DNA of 33,719 nucleotides from Octopus bimaculoides (taxonomy: Eukaryota): NCBI RefSeq assembly GCF_001194135.2, contig NC_068999.1, positions 28,765,024 through 28,798,742 on the forward strand, given 5' to 3'. The translations under genes were made by a program, and so were the position numbers. Within the stretch, counting starts at the first letter, position 1. Each line of letters begins with the position of its first letter. Under the pieces are notes generated by a model. That model was given only the letters and a program-made list of their open reading frames with translations. It searched no databases and was not told the DNA's origin. Below, piece by piece: positions 1-12,353 of this stretch.

Positions 1-54
<54 letters not shown>
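1..54. repeat. (TA)n/(CA)n microsatellite at window start
   Basis: Directly visible; probably a contig end. Confidence 0.97.
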
Positions 55-85
55 TAGAATAAGAAAGTCTTTAATACAGTATTAT

Positions 86-770
86 ATATTGGAAAAAAAT
101 GAACAGAAATGACTTTTACTGATAATTTTTACACTTAAATAATTAGATGTGTGTAATTATTAGGTGTTTACAAAAGGTGGTTCTATGAGTTTCTCACTTA
201 AAAGCGAAAAACTAAATACACATGTATTTAGTTTTCACACATAGTGTACATATTTGTATGTAAGTATCTCTATATGTATGTACACTATGTGTGTAAACTA
301 GATGTACCTGTATGTTTGTGACCATATTGGAAACTAGATTTGCTGTCATTGAGGGTTTTATTGAACCATTTCATACCAAAAAAATTCCATTTCTTTATTC
401 TTGATCTGCTTAATTCTCTAACCACCACCACCACCACCTTTTCTTTCTTTTATATTCACATGTTTATGTGTGTATATATGTGTTTGTGTTTCTGTGTATG
501 CATATGTGTATGGTCCTATGTTTTTATGTATGTGTGTACATCTCTCTGTATGGCTGTATGTATGTATGTATGTGTGTGTGTATGTTTGTAATTAAACACC
601 CCCTATTTAAACAGTGAATAACAAACTCTAAAATATCAGTTTGAAAACCACCTTTAAGTGAGAAACTCCTATCAGTCACCTTTTATAAACACCTAATAAC
701 TTATTGACATCTTATTAATAGAGTGGAAAAATTATCAGAAAAGCCATATCTATTCATTTTTTAAAATATC
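86..770. mobile_element. Foldback/MITE-like element with ~120-bp inverted arms (86-204 and 652-770)
   Basis: 113-204 (cttttactgataatttttacac...gagtttctcacttaaaag) matches the reverse complement of 652-743, with weaker similarity extending outward. The interior is (TG)/(TATG)-rich simple sequence. Confidence 0.65.
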
Positions 771-983
771 TATCTATATTTATATATTTACATTTATATA
801 TGTGTGTATAAGCATATGCACAAGGTACAGACATGGCTGTATAATTAAGAAGCTCACTTTGCAACCGCATGCTTTCAGCTTCAGTTCCTGTGTGGCATCT
901 TGGGGATTTGTTCATTCTTTTAAGCTGACCAATGCTCTGTAAATTAATTTGGTAGACAGAAACAATATGGAAGCCTGTCATAT

Positions 984-1336
984 ATGCAGATGTGGCTGTG
1001 TGGTAAGACATTTGCTTTGTTGCCACATGGTTCTAGGTTCAATCACACTCTAACGCACTGAGTAAGTATCTTCTTCCCAGGCTGACCAAAGCCTTGTGAG
1101 TCAGTTTGGTAAACAGAAGCTAAATGAAGCCCATAATGTGTGTGTGTGTGTTTTTGTTTATCCTCAAACCATTGCTGGTTGGTTTGTTTACATCCCCATA
1201 ATCAAACAGTCAGCAAAAGGAACTGATAGGCTTTAAAATATATAAGTACTGGAGCCATTTTGTTCAACTAAAGCCTTTCAAGGCAGTACTCCAGCATAGT
1301 CACAGTTCATTGACTGAAACATGTAAAAGATTAAAG
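984..1336 (+). mobile_element. tRNA-derived SINE (octopus OK/OR-like type), degenerate, near full length
   Basis: A-box-like TGGCTGTGTGGTAAG and B-box-like GGTTCAATC in the head, an internal (TG)n, and a 3' part ending gactgaaacatgtaaaagattaaaga. Family assigned from recalled similarity. Confidence 0.8.
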
Positions 1337-1383
1337 ACATGTATATGTAATGTATGTATGTGTGTCTTTGTGTTTATGCTTAT

Positions 1384-1384
<1 letters not shown>

Positions 1385-1439
<55 letters not shown>

Positions 1440-1448
1440 GCACGCGCG
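1385..1448. repeat. (CA)n/(CACG)n microsatellite
   Basis: Directly visible. Confidence 0.97.
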
Positions 1449-1449
1449 T

Positions 1450-1622
1450 TCCATCACAACTGTTGTTGGGTTCTTTATGTCCTCATAGCTTAGTAGTTTG
1501 GAAAAAAGGCTGATAGAATGCTTCCAGACTTTAAAAAATAAGCACTGGGGTCAATTTGTTCAACTGAACCCTTCAGTCTGACATCCCTGCATTGCCATAG
1601 TGTAATGACTGAAAGAAGTAAC
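1450..1622 (+). mobile_element. 3' half of the same SINE family
   Basis: Aligns by eye with ~1175-1336 (taagcactggggtcaatttgttcaactgaacccttc...aatgactgaaa). Confidence 0.7.
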
Positions 1623-1639
1623 ATATATATATTCTCTTT

Positions 1640-2300
1640 GGGCCTTTGAATCCTGAACTATTGTAGTTTAACATCCCAACTCTAGATGGCCAGATAGGAG
1701 CTTTGGCACTATACAGCGGCATCCTGTTTGGGGATTTTTGTAACTTTCAGTATAAGAGTTTGGTGCAAACCCTTCAAGGATTTTTCAAACATATATCACT
1801 GCATATCTTACCTGTTTTTACTCCATGGAAAAAAGTTATAATTCTTTTCTTTCCTATTATCTTATCTGTTGTATTGAGACATTCCTATTTGTGTAACAGC
1901 ACTGGGTTACTTTGAGTTGTACAGTTAAATCCATGTTATGTGGTGACTATAATTGAGAACTGTAGTCCAGACAACTGTGGATACATGTCGCCCACAAGAT
2001 CAGCATACATTCCTGGTCTCTTGTTCTAAAAGTTCTCAGAATCCATCTAACCTTCTTAGTGATATGTGCATGAAACAATGTGTCGCTGGGATTGCATTCC
2101 CTTCTAGTCCAATGTATCTTGACTGCAGTGCATTTTTATTTGTGGGTTGATGGTGGAGGGCTTGGAATTTACCAACATTAAATTGCATATTGTTGTCTTC
2201 GGCCCACTTGTGTATTGCATTTAAGCCTTGTTGCAGGTAAGTAGTATCATCAGGGTTCTTTATATACTTATATATTAGGACAGAGAAGAATAGCAAGTAA
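1640..2300 (-). mobile_element. CR1/L2-group LINE, RT C-terminal fragment, degraded
   Basis: Minus-strand translation gives LQQGLNAIHKWAEDNNMQFNVGKF and, in another frame, WILRTFRTRDQECMLILW...LDYSSQL*SPH. These match the post-YADD RT region of CR1-group LINEs. Confidence 0.8.
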
Positions 2301-2973
2301 ATGTGGTTTATTGAAAGATATTAATAATAAAGTACATGGTCTCTCTCTGAGCCTAGACCTAGATACCCTAATTGCAGCAAAGAAACTAGCACATGAGGAA
2401 CAGATCTATATTCATTTACCTGGTAAAGCCAAATGACCTGAAGATTTTCTATGTTCTTCCTTTTCTCAGTATACTGAATGGATCACCAATCTGAGTATGC
2501 TCAAAGCAATCTTAGCGTATCAGGTTCCTGGGTTACCAAACTGAAGTGTCTGTGAGCACATCCAGTACTAGGTACCTTAGTATCTTTCTTGTCATAAACT
2601 CTTTATCCTCTGCCAAATAGTCCTGTATTGTAATATCTTCCCATGCTTGCTGGGATGAATTCATCAACATTCTGAACACTCCAAGGCTATGTCTGTAAAT
2701 CTTCTATGAGATAACCATTGTTACCTGGGTCATTTTTAGATCTCAACATCTCAAATTATGAGGTAGCAACAGTTCTTCAGTGATTGAGGCTTCATGAGAC
2801 TTCAAGTAAATATATGGTGAGTGGCTCGCAAATTTTTTCTGTTTAAAATGCCCAACTTCAGGTTTTTGTGAACCAGAGTTTAATAAGTAGACATTTGTGA
2901 GAGTTTTATAAGTGTGGTCTCTGCTCTTTATAAGCATAAAATGTCCCTTTTTTACATCCAGTAAGAATTCATT

Positions 2974-4194
2974 TACAAGGTATAGAAAAGTTCCTGGACT
3001 AGTTATGTTTAATAAAAATAACTTATTTATCAAAGTTTTAACATCCTCTCCTTTGAAATAGTCACCTTGCACAGCAATACACCTGTCCCAGCATTCCTAC
3101 CACTTTTGGAATCCAGCCTTGAAGTCGTTTTCTGTCAGCAAGCTGAGGACCTTTTGCAATTCACTCTGGATCTAGGCAGCAGTATTAAAACAGCTACCTA
3201 GTGTATTCACTAGATTTAGCATCTGCAGGTGCAGAAGTGATGCTAGTTTTGGGCTAGAAGCTTACAAGTGAAGAGAGCTCGTTGACAGGGTATATTGTTG
3301 TCGTGAAGAATCCAATCCTTTACGCTTCACATATCCAGTTGCTTTTGCTTAATGTCCTTCCTCAAACACTTCAAAACATTGCAGTAGAACTCATAATTGA
3401 CAGTCTGTCCCTGGGGAATGAATTCTCAATGCACAATACCGTGGATGTCGGAAATACAATGAGCATGGTCTTGATTGAGCTGCAGCTCCATCATGCCTTT
3501 GGTCATGGAGATGAAGGGCTCTTCCTTTGTGACGACTGCTGCTTCATCTCAGGGTCGTACCTGTATACCCAACTCTCATCACCAGTGATGATCCTCAACG
3601 TGAAAGATTGCTCAGCAGAGACATGCTAACAGAGATCCCGAAAGACTTCAACATGATGTTTTTTTCTGCTCAGTGGTCAGCAGGTGGGGAACAAACTTGG
3701 CAGAGACATGTCACATGTTCAATTCAGACTTTAGGATTGCCTGCATGGACCCATTTGACAGACCAGCAACATCAGTAATGCCACTGATTGTCTGCTGATG
3801 AATTTTCTCCACATTTCCAAGAGTGACACTTGTGGCGGGTCTTCCAGATAGCTTGTCGTCTTTCAAGGACATTCTCCCACTTTTAAAGCACCTGGGTATC
3901 TTGAAACATTGTGTATAACTCATTGCCTCATCATGCCAAAGCATGCTCAATGTCTCTCTAGTAGACATCCAAGTTTAACGTAAAATTTCCTGTCCTTGAC
4001 AAAATTGCAGACTACTGCATACATGTAATCACAAAAACACACAAATTTCACAACTTGTGAAGTAAACACAGCAATGTCACTTGCACACTGCATCATGAAA
4101 GTCACTGTTAGCTGTTACTGCTCACACAACTGTGTGCTGCCATCTGTTGGCATGCTACAGAACTAGTCTGGGAACTTTTTGATACCACCTTGTA
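2974..4194 (-). mobile_element. Mariner (DD34D-type) transposon with both TIRs and TA TSDs; transposase dead
   Basis: TIRs tacaaggtatagaaaagttcctggactag (from 2974) and revcomp tacaaggtggtatcaaaaagttcccagactag (to 4194). HTH region ..LSGRPATSVT.. (ORF 3711-3968), IITGDESWVY, WILHDN and C-terminal QGDYFKG are present. It has several stops, and the YSPDL/third-Asp segment appears deleted. Confidence 0.93.
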
Positions 4195-4398
4195 TTTTCA
4201 TAGTTTTTGCCAAAGTTCTTTCTTCAGTATTCTTTGTCACATCTGTATCTTGCCTTCTTGTACTGGTTTGCCTATTTGTTCTAGATTCAAGGAAGATAAA
4301 TTTTGGATATCAGTAAAATTTTTATTTATTTATTTTATTCACAGGAATTACTGTAATGTAGAAAATATTAAGAATATTTGCAATGATTTATATTTCAG

Positions 4399-4614
4399 AA
4401 TTTTGATGAAACTTGTTTAGAGGAGAAGGATTCTTCATTAAAGAAAAGATCTGCTAGTGAAAAGAGACGTTCTAATTCCTCTTTGAAGAAACATCAAAGC
4501 AAAACTGGATGCATTGTCATCAAGACTGAAGATTCAAGGGAAAACAGTTCATGCAGTGAATTTTGCAGCTATTCAGAATATATGAACAAAAATGTTAAAA
4601 TAGAGCCTAAATCG
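4399..4614 (+). CDS. Probable internal coding exon (phase 0/0, 72 codons), likely N-terminal part of the SNIP1-like gene
   Basis: Acceptor atttatatttcag|, open frame NFDETCLEEKDSSLKKRSASEKRRSNSSLKKHQSKTGCIVIKTEDSRENSSCSEFCSYSEYMNKNVKIEPKS, and consensus donor |gtgagt. The phase fits the acceptor at 13256, and the K/R/S-rich composition fits a SNIP1 N-terminus. Confidence 0.6.
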
Positions 4615-4649
4615 GTGAGTGTTGATATTTCTTATTTATGGCAATTAAT

Positions 4650-4795
4650 TAGGCATTAGGAAGGGCATCCAGCTATAGAAACATGCTAAAGCTGGCAGTA
4701 AAGCTTGTCCAGCCCTGCTGCTTGCCAAATCCTGTCAAACCATCCAGTCAATGCCAGCATGATAAGCAGACATTAGATGTTGATGAGGAGTAGGA
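4650..4795 (+). mobile_element. RTE-type LINE/SINE 3' tail fragment
   Basis: ggcattaggaagggcatccagc...tgccagcatg...gatgttgatgag motif shared with 5140-5280. Confidence 0.65.
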
Positions 4796-4969
4796 TAAAT
4801 CATGAAAAAGCTTTAATAACAATTTTACTTGAGAAAGAGTACAAACAAGAAATTATTACATCGTCATCATTTTTTTTTTTCTTTTCCTTTCTGGTATTTA
4901 CTGTATTGGTCTTTTAACTTTGTCTTTTGTCATCAAATACACACAGTAAGAGAAAAAAACCTTTAGTCA

Positions 4970-5280
4970 TGATTTCAAAATATGAGCTTCGGATTTTGAG
5001 CCTCATGGAGACAATGACAAATGACTTAGATTGTTGGCAATTTGCTCCTCATGAGAAAATACATCAAGCTCAGTGAAATTGTAGTTGCAGGCAGTGCTGG
5101 TGACATGTTAAAGGTACCCGGTACACTCTGTGGAGTGGTTGGTATTAGGAAGGGCATCCAGTCATAAAGACAAAGCCAAATCAGACTGGAGCCTGGTACA
5201 GCTCTCCACCTTATCAGTCCCACTGAAACCATCTAACCCATGCCAGCATAGAAAACAAATGCTAAATGATGGTGATGAAT
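4970..5280 (+). mobile_element. RTE LINE 3' end
   Basis: ORF end (gagcctcatggagacaatgac...) resembling 28065-28150, followed by the ggtattaggaagggcatccag...catgccagcat...aaatgatggtgatg tail. Confidence 0.7.
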
Positions 5281-5468
5281 ACATATCTCATTGCCACACA
5301 TTTTACAGTACTGACTGAGGGCATTATATCATACCAACCACACTAAAGAGATTGTTGCAGCAGAACTAAAGTGTCTTTTTTTGCATTATATCAATTTTTA
5401 CTTAGCTTATGACAATCTATGCCTCTTTCACTCATGCACTCTTTTGTCCATGATATGGTTTTTACAAC

Positions 5469-5654
5469 TATGAGGAGGTGTTGAAAAGTTCCTGGCTTTA
5501 GGTTAAAGAAAATACTGGAGGATCAATTATGATTTTATTCAACATATTTCCCTCTCAGATTAACACACTTATTGCAGCAATCCTTCAGTCTTTTTAAGCC
5601 CTTATAAAAGAACTCGGAAAGGTTAGACCTCCAACCAGGCCTTCCACAATATCC
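5469..5654 (-). mobile_element. Second mariner, 3' terminal fragment
   Basis: TIR-like tatgaggaggtgttgaaaagttcctgg; minus strand reads EFFYKGLKRLKDCCNKCVNLRGKYVE*, a mariner C-terminus. Confidence 0.75.
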
Positions 5655-5979
5655 TTAACTTTATCATTACTATATTTCTAACTAAAACACACTCCTTATG
5701 AGTTTCAATTAAATTCTAAAATAATCATAAATTTAGACTGGTTTCATTAAACAACTGTAATTTTTTATTTATCAATATGTGATTTTTGGAACACAATTGA
5801 AGAAAAAGTTCTTAATCAGTACAATTGCATAACTTTTGTCTCAAAGTGACTCTTATTACAGGTAAATACAACAAAATATAAAAATATTTAAATTCTGTTT
5901 AAACCTCACCATAGAAAATGAGTTATCAGCTAATATTCACATACATGAATACACAGAAACATATATGATAAAGATTTAC
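5655..5979. mobile_element. Degenerate TTAA-type (piggyBac-like) MITE
   Basis: Ends ttaactttatcattac... and ...gaaacatatatgataaagattta resemble the termini of 12172-12353. Confidence 0.45.
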
Positions 5980-6089
5980 AATAGAAATTAAATCAAAACT
6001 TGTCACCCACTTTACAGACTAATCAAAATAAATAAAAGGTAAAAACAAATGTAAAATATTTATAAATTCAAATCATACATATATACACT

Positions 6090-7700
6090 ATTCATACAAT
6101 TTTTGTCCCGGAAACTTGTAAAACATCCCACTCTACATAATGCAATCTTGCAGAATGCACATTAGAAAGAAGTTTCAACTGCGCGTCTACTGGGAGTTTT
6201 CCTTTGTTGATGTAGACATTCACAGCACTGCCTTTTGTGATCCTCGATTTTTTTCTGATTTATGGAGATCGGCTAAATTCAGAGGAATAGATCTCAGGCA
6301 GGTTTTGGTTTTCCTTCCTAGTTATTTTTTGGAGGAATAACCTACCCTCAACTGCATTGCTACATCTGCTCAGAACTGCAGATGGTCTCACTGCTTTCGA
6401 GCCCCTCCTGATTTGGTATATAATATATACATATTTACAATATTCATATTTACTATATACCAAACCAGGTATCACCACCAACTGGATAATAGCTCATCAT
6501 TTAATTCAGACAATCTACACCGCCCATGTACCTGTTATAATTGCGGTTCACAAATGGGATGCCACTTTCATCTGCACATGGTTGTGCACAGGTAGATAGA
6601 AAATTTATCTGCCTCTTGTCTCTATATGCAGTCACTAGCAGATTTCCTTTCTGCCGTTGGATTATTTCGCCTCTTTTTCTAATTTTGCTTTTTTTTTATG
6701 TCCAACAGCAGCCCTTTTCTACTAGCAATTACTGGAGCACACATATGTGTTGTCACAGCTTCTAAATCCACTGCAAGTTTGACTGAACTAAAAAATAGGT
6801 TAAATAATATATGGCCCTGGTTATGGTATGGAAGTGATAAATTTCAGACCACATTGTACTCTAGGCCATGCTGACTTACATCGTTGTCTCTTTTCCCTAT
6901 ATAAAAACTAAACCCACAGCAGTACTCCATATTTGTGGGTTTTCTTTGTATATATTGTCAGAAATGTACTCTACCTTTATAACCCCACTATACCTTCATT
7001 GACAGATAAGTATCAACCAGGGTTGTAAAGTGTTTTATATGCATTTTGAATGCAGTCAATGAGGGGGCTTACTTTAAATAAGGGATCAAAGTTTGGTTCT
7101 CCACATACTGGGTACTGCTAGTGTCTCTCACATGTAAATATTGTTTTAACTTTACAAATTGTGTCCTTGTCGTAATATTGGAAACGTATTGGTCTCTGAA
7201 AGGTTCATTGTTACTCCAGTAATTTGTAATTCTGGGTAACTTCTTTATACCCATAATATTTATGGCAAAAAATACCCATATTTCTTCTATGCTTGTGGGA
7301 ACCACAAGCTATCTTTTTTTCCAGTTGGTTTCTGCAGTAATTCGCTTCAAACAAACTTATTGAAAAAAATTTTTTTTTTAAAGTCTAATGGCTTTGATTC
7401 CTGGGAAGGACTGTGAATGTAAGTCTAGTCACTTCTGAGGAATTGTTTACAAAAATAGTTTTTAAATTCTTACTCCATTAAGGTAGAGATTCGTTCTTGC
7501 TGTCGCTATCAGAGTTCTCTTCAGAATCACTGATTTCAAAACTGAGATCACGTGTTTTCACAAATGTACTAACAAGATTTGTGCTGAAATTCACATTTAA
7601 ATATGAATGGGTTCACTCAGCCGTCTACGACCGGGTTGGTATCTGTTATGACCTTTTGGATAAACGAATACACTACGGAACATAGCAACAATCTTTTAAG
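6090..7700 (-). mobile_element. piggyBac (PGBD4-like) transposase remnant
   Basis: Acidic N-terminus (SDSEENSDSDS), IEEIWVFFAINIMGIKKLPRITNYWS, LSVNEGIVGYKGRVHF*QY, GHILFNLFFSSV and the C-terminal Cys-rich domain RQCCECL...CAFCKIALCRVGCF. Multiple stops and frameshifts; TIRs not identified. Confidence 0.88.
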
Positions 7701-7744
7701 AACTAACAATCCAACATGCTAACTTCAACTGTAAACTTTGAACT

Positions 7745-9510
7745 ATCAACACACAAACTGTGGGACTAGCACAATGATTTTATTCAAACCACAAGGGTTA
7801 AACAAAGAAATTTATTATTTAAATATATGTATATATTTTTTTTATAGTATTTCTTTTGCTTGGGCATTATCTCAAGGTGTTCAGTCTGCTTTCTTTTTCT
7901 CATGTTGGTTCTATGGGACACTTACTTTTGGTACTGGTACATCGACTGTTTCACAGAATACTTCCATGGGAATTTCTTCCTGATCTTGAGTATGCCTAGT
8001 TGGTTTAATATGTCTCTTATTTTCACCTTGTGACACTTTAGATACATCATACTTCCAATTTTTCTGGTAACAAGGCCATCTTCCCAGCCTTCTTTACTGT
8101 TTCTATAGGTTTTGAAATACACTTTATCACCTATTTCAACATATTTTATTGGCTCTTTCGTATTTCTTTTACATCTTTTTTTCTCTGGTAATAACTTATC
8201 AAAAATAGATTTTATTCTTCTTGTGAACATCAATCTGCAGGAGACTTCCCTAAATTTGTACTTGGATTAAGGGTCACTCTGTATATTCTTGAGAAATTTG
8301 TCAGTGCTTCATCGTTGCTCACATTCCTCACTTTTCTTAACACTCTCTTAAAGGTGTCCACAAATCTTTCTACCTGCCTGTTTAACTTTGGATGGTAGGG
8401 TGGAGTGAAAATATGCTTTATCACATGGCTTTTACAGAAGTTCTTGAATTCATACCCAGAGAACTGTGTTCTATTATCTGAAACTACCATGTCAGGGACA
8501 CTGTTTCACGCAAACAATTTATGTAAGAACTACAAATTGGTCTATAGCACCTGCAAACCTCCGGCCACTATCTACTATGATTAGGTAGTAAGCACCATTT
8601 ACCGGTCCAGCATAGTCAGTGTGTAACCTAGACTTTGATTTTCCTATCTCTGGCCACAATTGATATTTTACCGGCAGGGCTTTGGCCACAAGTGCACAAG
8701 CTCAGCACATTCTCACCAAGTTTTTGATATCTAAGTCCATAGACAGCCAATAGACATAACTCCTCATCAGAGCCATCATCCTTGCCATTCCTGGATGTCT
8801 ACTGTGAAATTGTTGCAACACACCTTTTTGTAATGTAGTTGGAACTACCACTCTATGGGCATACATCAGAACATAGTCACAAATTGAAAAACTACTGGCA
8901 TCTGTTTATTTTTTAAAGCTTCTTTTATTTTCATAATATACTCATCACCTACAGCTTTCATTCTTATATAATCTCGAAAAGCAGTCCATATGACCAATTT
9001 TTTTTGATGGAATGTATTGCATTTTGAAATTATAATTTAGTATAATAAATAATAGTATAATAACATTACATCCCGACATTGCAGGTGGCTCGCAGTATGA
9101 GTCAGTAACCCTTTTTTAGACCCATAAATCAATAGCAAAGGTCTATGGTCTGTTTGCAATGAAAAACTTCTGCCATGCAGAAACCTATGAAATTTTTTAA
9201 CTGCAAAAATTATTGCTAGGATCTCCTTTTCAATGTGACTATATCTCTTCTCTGCTGCTATTAGCTAGCACAACACTTGAACTATATTTATGAAGTAGAA
9301 CTGCATCTAATCTGTGCTTGGAAGCATAAGACGCTGCAACAATGTCCATTTCGGGATCGTAATGTGCTAATGACAAGTCTGAGATTAGAATTTTTTATAT
9401 TTCTTCAAAAGTATTCTGGCATTTAGTGGATCAATTCCAGTTTACTTTTTTTAATAAGTCATTCAATGGAGCTCTTAACTTTTGCATATTAGGAATGTAG
9501 TTTTGGTAGT
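7745..9510 (-). mobile_element. Ty3/Gypsy pol fragment (RT thumb, RNase H, integrase)
   Basis: LRAPLNDLLKK, IEKEILAIIFAVKKFHRFLHGRSFSLQTDHRPL, zinc-binding HSRHPGMARM...YW...C*AC, and integrase core VVSDNRTQF..PPYHPKLNRQVERFVDTFK. No LTRs recognised. Confidence 0.92.
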
Positions 9511-9513
9511 AGT

Positions 9514-10477
9514 TTGTCAGCTCAAGAAATGTTTGTAAAGTTGGAATATTTGTCAGCACAAGCATATTCCTTATTGCATCTTGATTCTTTGAAAGATGAA
9601 TTGGTTGATGAGGATTTAACTACATATTGCAACTGTTTACAATCATTGTACGATGGCATGGTGGATCGATTTCAAGATGTTATTGCGCTGAATATTCCAA
9701 ATTGGTATAGCAATCTGTTTGATGTAGATGCAGTTGATTGTGAGGACAATGTTCAGGAGGAATTGATAGAATTCCAAAATGACAATGATGCCACAATGCA
9801 ATATCACCATAATGGCAAAAACGTTTTGTGGTACCATCAAAGTGTATTGAATTCCTACTCCAATCTGTGGAAATGTCTGAAATTACTTTTGCTTGCCTTC
9901 CCTACCTTGTACAATCTGGTTTTAGTGATGTTGGAACTTTACTTTCCCATAAAAAAATTGGATTGGATGTAACACAACGAGGAGACTTGCGGCTAAAGTT
10001 GACAAGTTTGAAACAGAATGTATCTGCACTAGCTGCATCGCACAAGACACATGGTTCTCATTAAAAGGTTGTATTCTTTTCCTTTATAATGCAATCATTA
10101 ATTATTTTTGCATCAGTAGTTTTGATCAATGGTTCATCTGGTGAAAATAAAGATAAGTGTAAAAGAAAGCTCAAGTTTACTGAAGTTAATCTGTCTGCAT
10201 AATATAGAGTTAACGGTAGAATTTTATTCACACTAATGGAAAAACTAAACCTACAATAAGGGATTTGTAAACAATTGCATATTTATTCCAAACAGCACTA
10301 ACCCAGCAACAAGTCTACAATATAGTGTGTGTGTCAAATGATACAAGGGGTGTTCTAGGGGATTTAGTGTTAGGAAGGGTTGTGTCAGGGTTTTTTTAAA
10401 CAGGTGGATGATGGAGCATTTTTTAGCCGATAGATGGGCGGTATTGCAATTTGGCATGAAAAGTTTGGGTAACACTG
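9514..10477 (+). mobile_element. hAT (Buster/Charlie/SPIN-like) transposon 3' part with right TIR
   Basis: C-terminal dimerisation domain LLLAFPT/YLVQSGFS...RGDLRLKLT...HGSH* (frameshifted across ORFs 9514 and 9828). 10459-10477 is the revcomp of CAGTGTTACCCAAACTTTT, a typical hAT terminus. Confidence 0.88.
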
Positions 10478-11800
10478 GTCTAATCTGACTCCTGTAGGCT
10501 TTACAGGTCAGTAGCGACTTGTTTAGCTTCCAGTAGCAGGATCCTTGTCCAGTCATACTATCTACATCCAGCTTACAGTTCACCAGTTTGTGATTACTGT
10601 TGCTGATAATGGTTAATTGTGGACAACTAGGTATATTCTTGTCCTTACTCCTAATTAATATTCTGTCTAGATGACCCATCATTTTTTGACCATGTCCACT
10701 GTGGAACATTTGGGTCATCTTGTCTGTATCGATCTGCCAGCTGAAAGCGTCTGAGCAGATTGTTGAGGCAAGAGCTTACCTTCCTAAAACGATTCAAGCC
10801 AGTGTAATCTATGCATGCACCACTTCTTTTTCTGCCACTGGTGGTCTTCGCATTCAGCCCTAATGTGCCTTCTTTGACCACATTTAAAGCACCTGGGCTT
10901 CCTGCCTGCCATGTTTACCCTCAACTTTGTTTCCCCCACCAAAATAATAATAATTTTTCCTAGGTCTTCTGGTGCAGCCTGTATTATCAACTCTAAGGCC
11001 TGTCTTACCCACTTCTGTTTTTGGTACTTGTAGGCTTGAATGATAGTTATTTTATCCTCCAAGCCCATTAATATGGCATCAATAAGCCAAGCAACATCTA
11101 TTTCCAGTGGTATTTCCCCCACCCTTACCTTAGAAGTTCATCTACCAAGGTATGTGGCAGGAGAGCCACCTCAGCTGTTTTCAATGAGTTCATTGAATGT
11201 TGCTTGGCTTTTCCTTCAGTATAAAAACACCTCCACTGTGCTGTATCTCTTTCCCATGGTTATGTAGGTAACATCTATCCAAATGGGACAAAGGCATTTC
11301 TGTACTGCTTCTTTAGTTGCCTGTTATATCCTTTTTGTTTTCATTGATACTGTTTTGGAAATCAGTTTTCCTTGCTGCATTCTATATAATTTCATCAGGA
11401 GGTGAAACTTTCACCTTGTTACGCTCTCTTCATAGTATATTCTTATGTCTGCCCAGTTCAAAGCAGACGTTTTCTTTTACCACACTTGCAGCCAAAGCAA
11501 AGTTTATGTTTCTCTCCATGTATTCTTCTTTTCTGCTTTGTTCTGCTTTCTTCTGTCTATCCCTTTCTTTTATTCCATGTTCCATGCTGTCATGTTCTAT
11601 GCAACTCACCATTAGCATTTCTTCGTTGCTTGACAAGTTATTCGTGTTGCTCAAAAAATTTTTAAACGTTGAAATCGCTTGTCTGCAACACTGTAGAAAT
11701 ACATTGTTTTACACAAAACAAATTCGATTAGAAATAAATTCTAGCACATTAAACGCATACACTTACTTCAGACTTAATTTTTCGTCTCTATTTCCAAAAT
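10478..11800 (-). mobile_element. L1/Tx1-clade LINE copy C: 5' region, ORF1 with CCHC knuckle, partial APE endonuclease
   Basis: CFKCGQRRHIRAEC knuckle, then APE motifs LADRYRQDDPNVPQWTWS and LDRILIR...YWKLNKSLL. ORF1 joins mid-APE through a deletion, and the 3' end is cut by the hAT. Confidence 0.85.
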
Positions 11801-11924
11801 CCTTCACACCACCATTGAAAAACACGTGGCGTTATTTAACAGTCTGCTACTATTTATATGTAGTGGTCCAGTCTATTCTCACCAGGGGGCATTGTACTCT
11901 CACACAACAGTATTGAAAGGGTTA

Positions 11925-12030
11925 AACCAGAAACTTTTCAGCATCCCCTTGTAGATGCTCTTCCTAACCTCAACCCATTACAGTGTAGGCTGGGTGCATT
12001 TTATCAGGCCCACTGGCATTAGATAAATTA
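11925..12030 (-). mobile_element. RTE-type 3' tail fragment
   Basis: Revcomp contains gggttgaggttaggaagagcatctacaag, a degenerate version of the tail at 4650 and 5140. Confidence 0.45.
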
Positions 12031-12171
12031 TCTCAATACTTTCTTTATCCATACAGCTTCATGTCATTTACAAACAAAAGATGTATTTGTGAATATCAGG
12101 GTATATATTTTTATAACAGTACATCTTGGTCCACAGACTCCTATAGCATCATGTAGCAATGGGATTTTACT

Positions 12172-12353
12172 TTAACCCTTTTATTACCAACTTTGCTGTT
12201 TTCATAAGTTTTGAATTAAAATCTTCCACCAAACCTTAGTCACAATTCATGTTCCTAACACCAGCTTAATGATTACTAAATTCTTTGTTATATTTAAAGT
12301 AATTGAAAGAAACACAGAGCATCTCAAAATTAATACAGTAACGAAAGGGTTAA
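12172..12353. mobile_element. piggyBac-type MITE with TTAA TSDs
   Basis: TTAA-cccttttattac ... gtaacgaaaggg-TTAA; the inverted termini match at 14/16. Confidence 0.8.

Noticed and set aside
984-1060. Possible tRNA gene
   Set aside because: The A/B boxes belong to a SINE head; no cloverleaf could be folded by eye.
340-1513. ORFs with CVCV and HTHT runs
   Set aside because: These are translations of microsatellites and SINE sequence.
9514-9972. Domesticated ZBED/SCAND3-like gene
   Set aside because: It is frameshifted, 5'-truncated and retains a hAT TIR, so it is a transposon remnant.
11317-11916. 199-aa hydrophobic ORF resembling a membrane protein
   Set aside because: It is the antisense reading of a purine-rich Tx1 ORF1/5'UTR.
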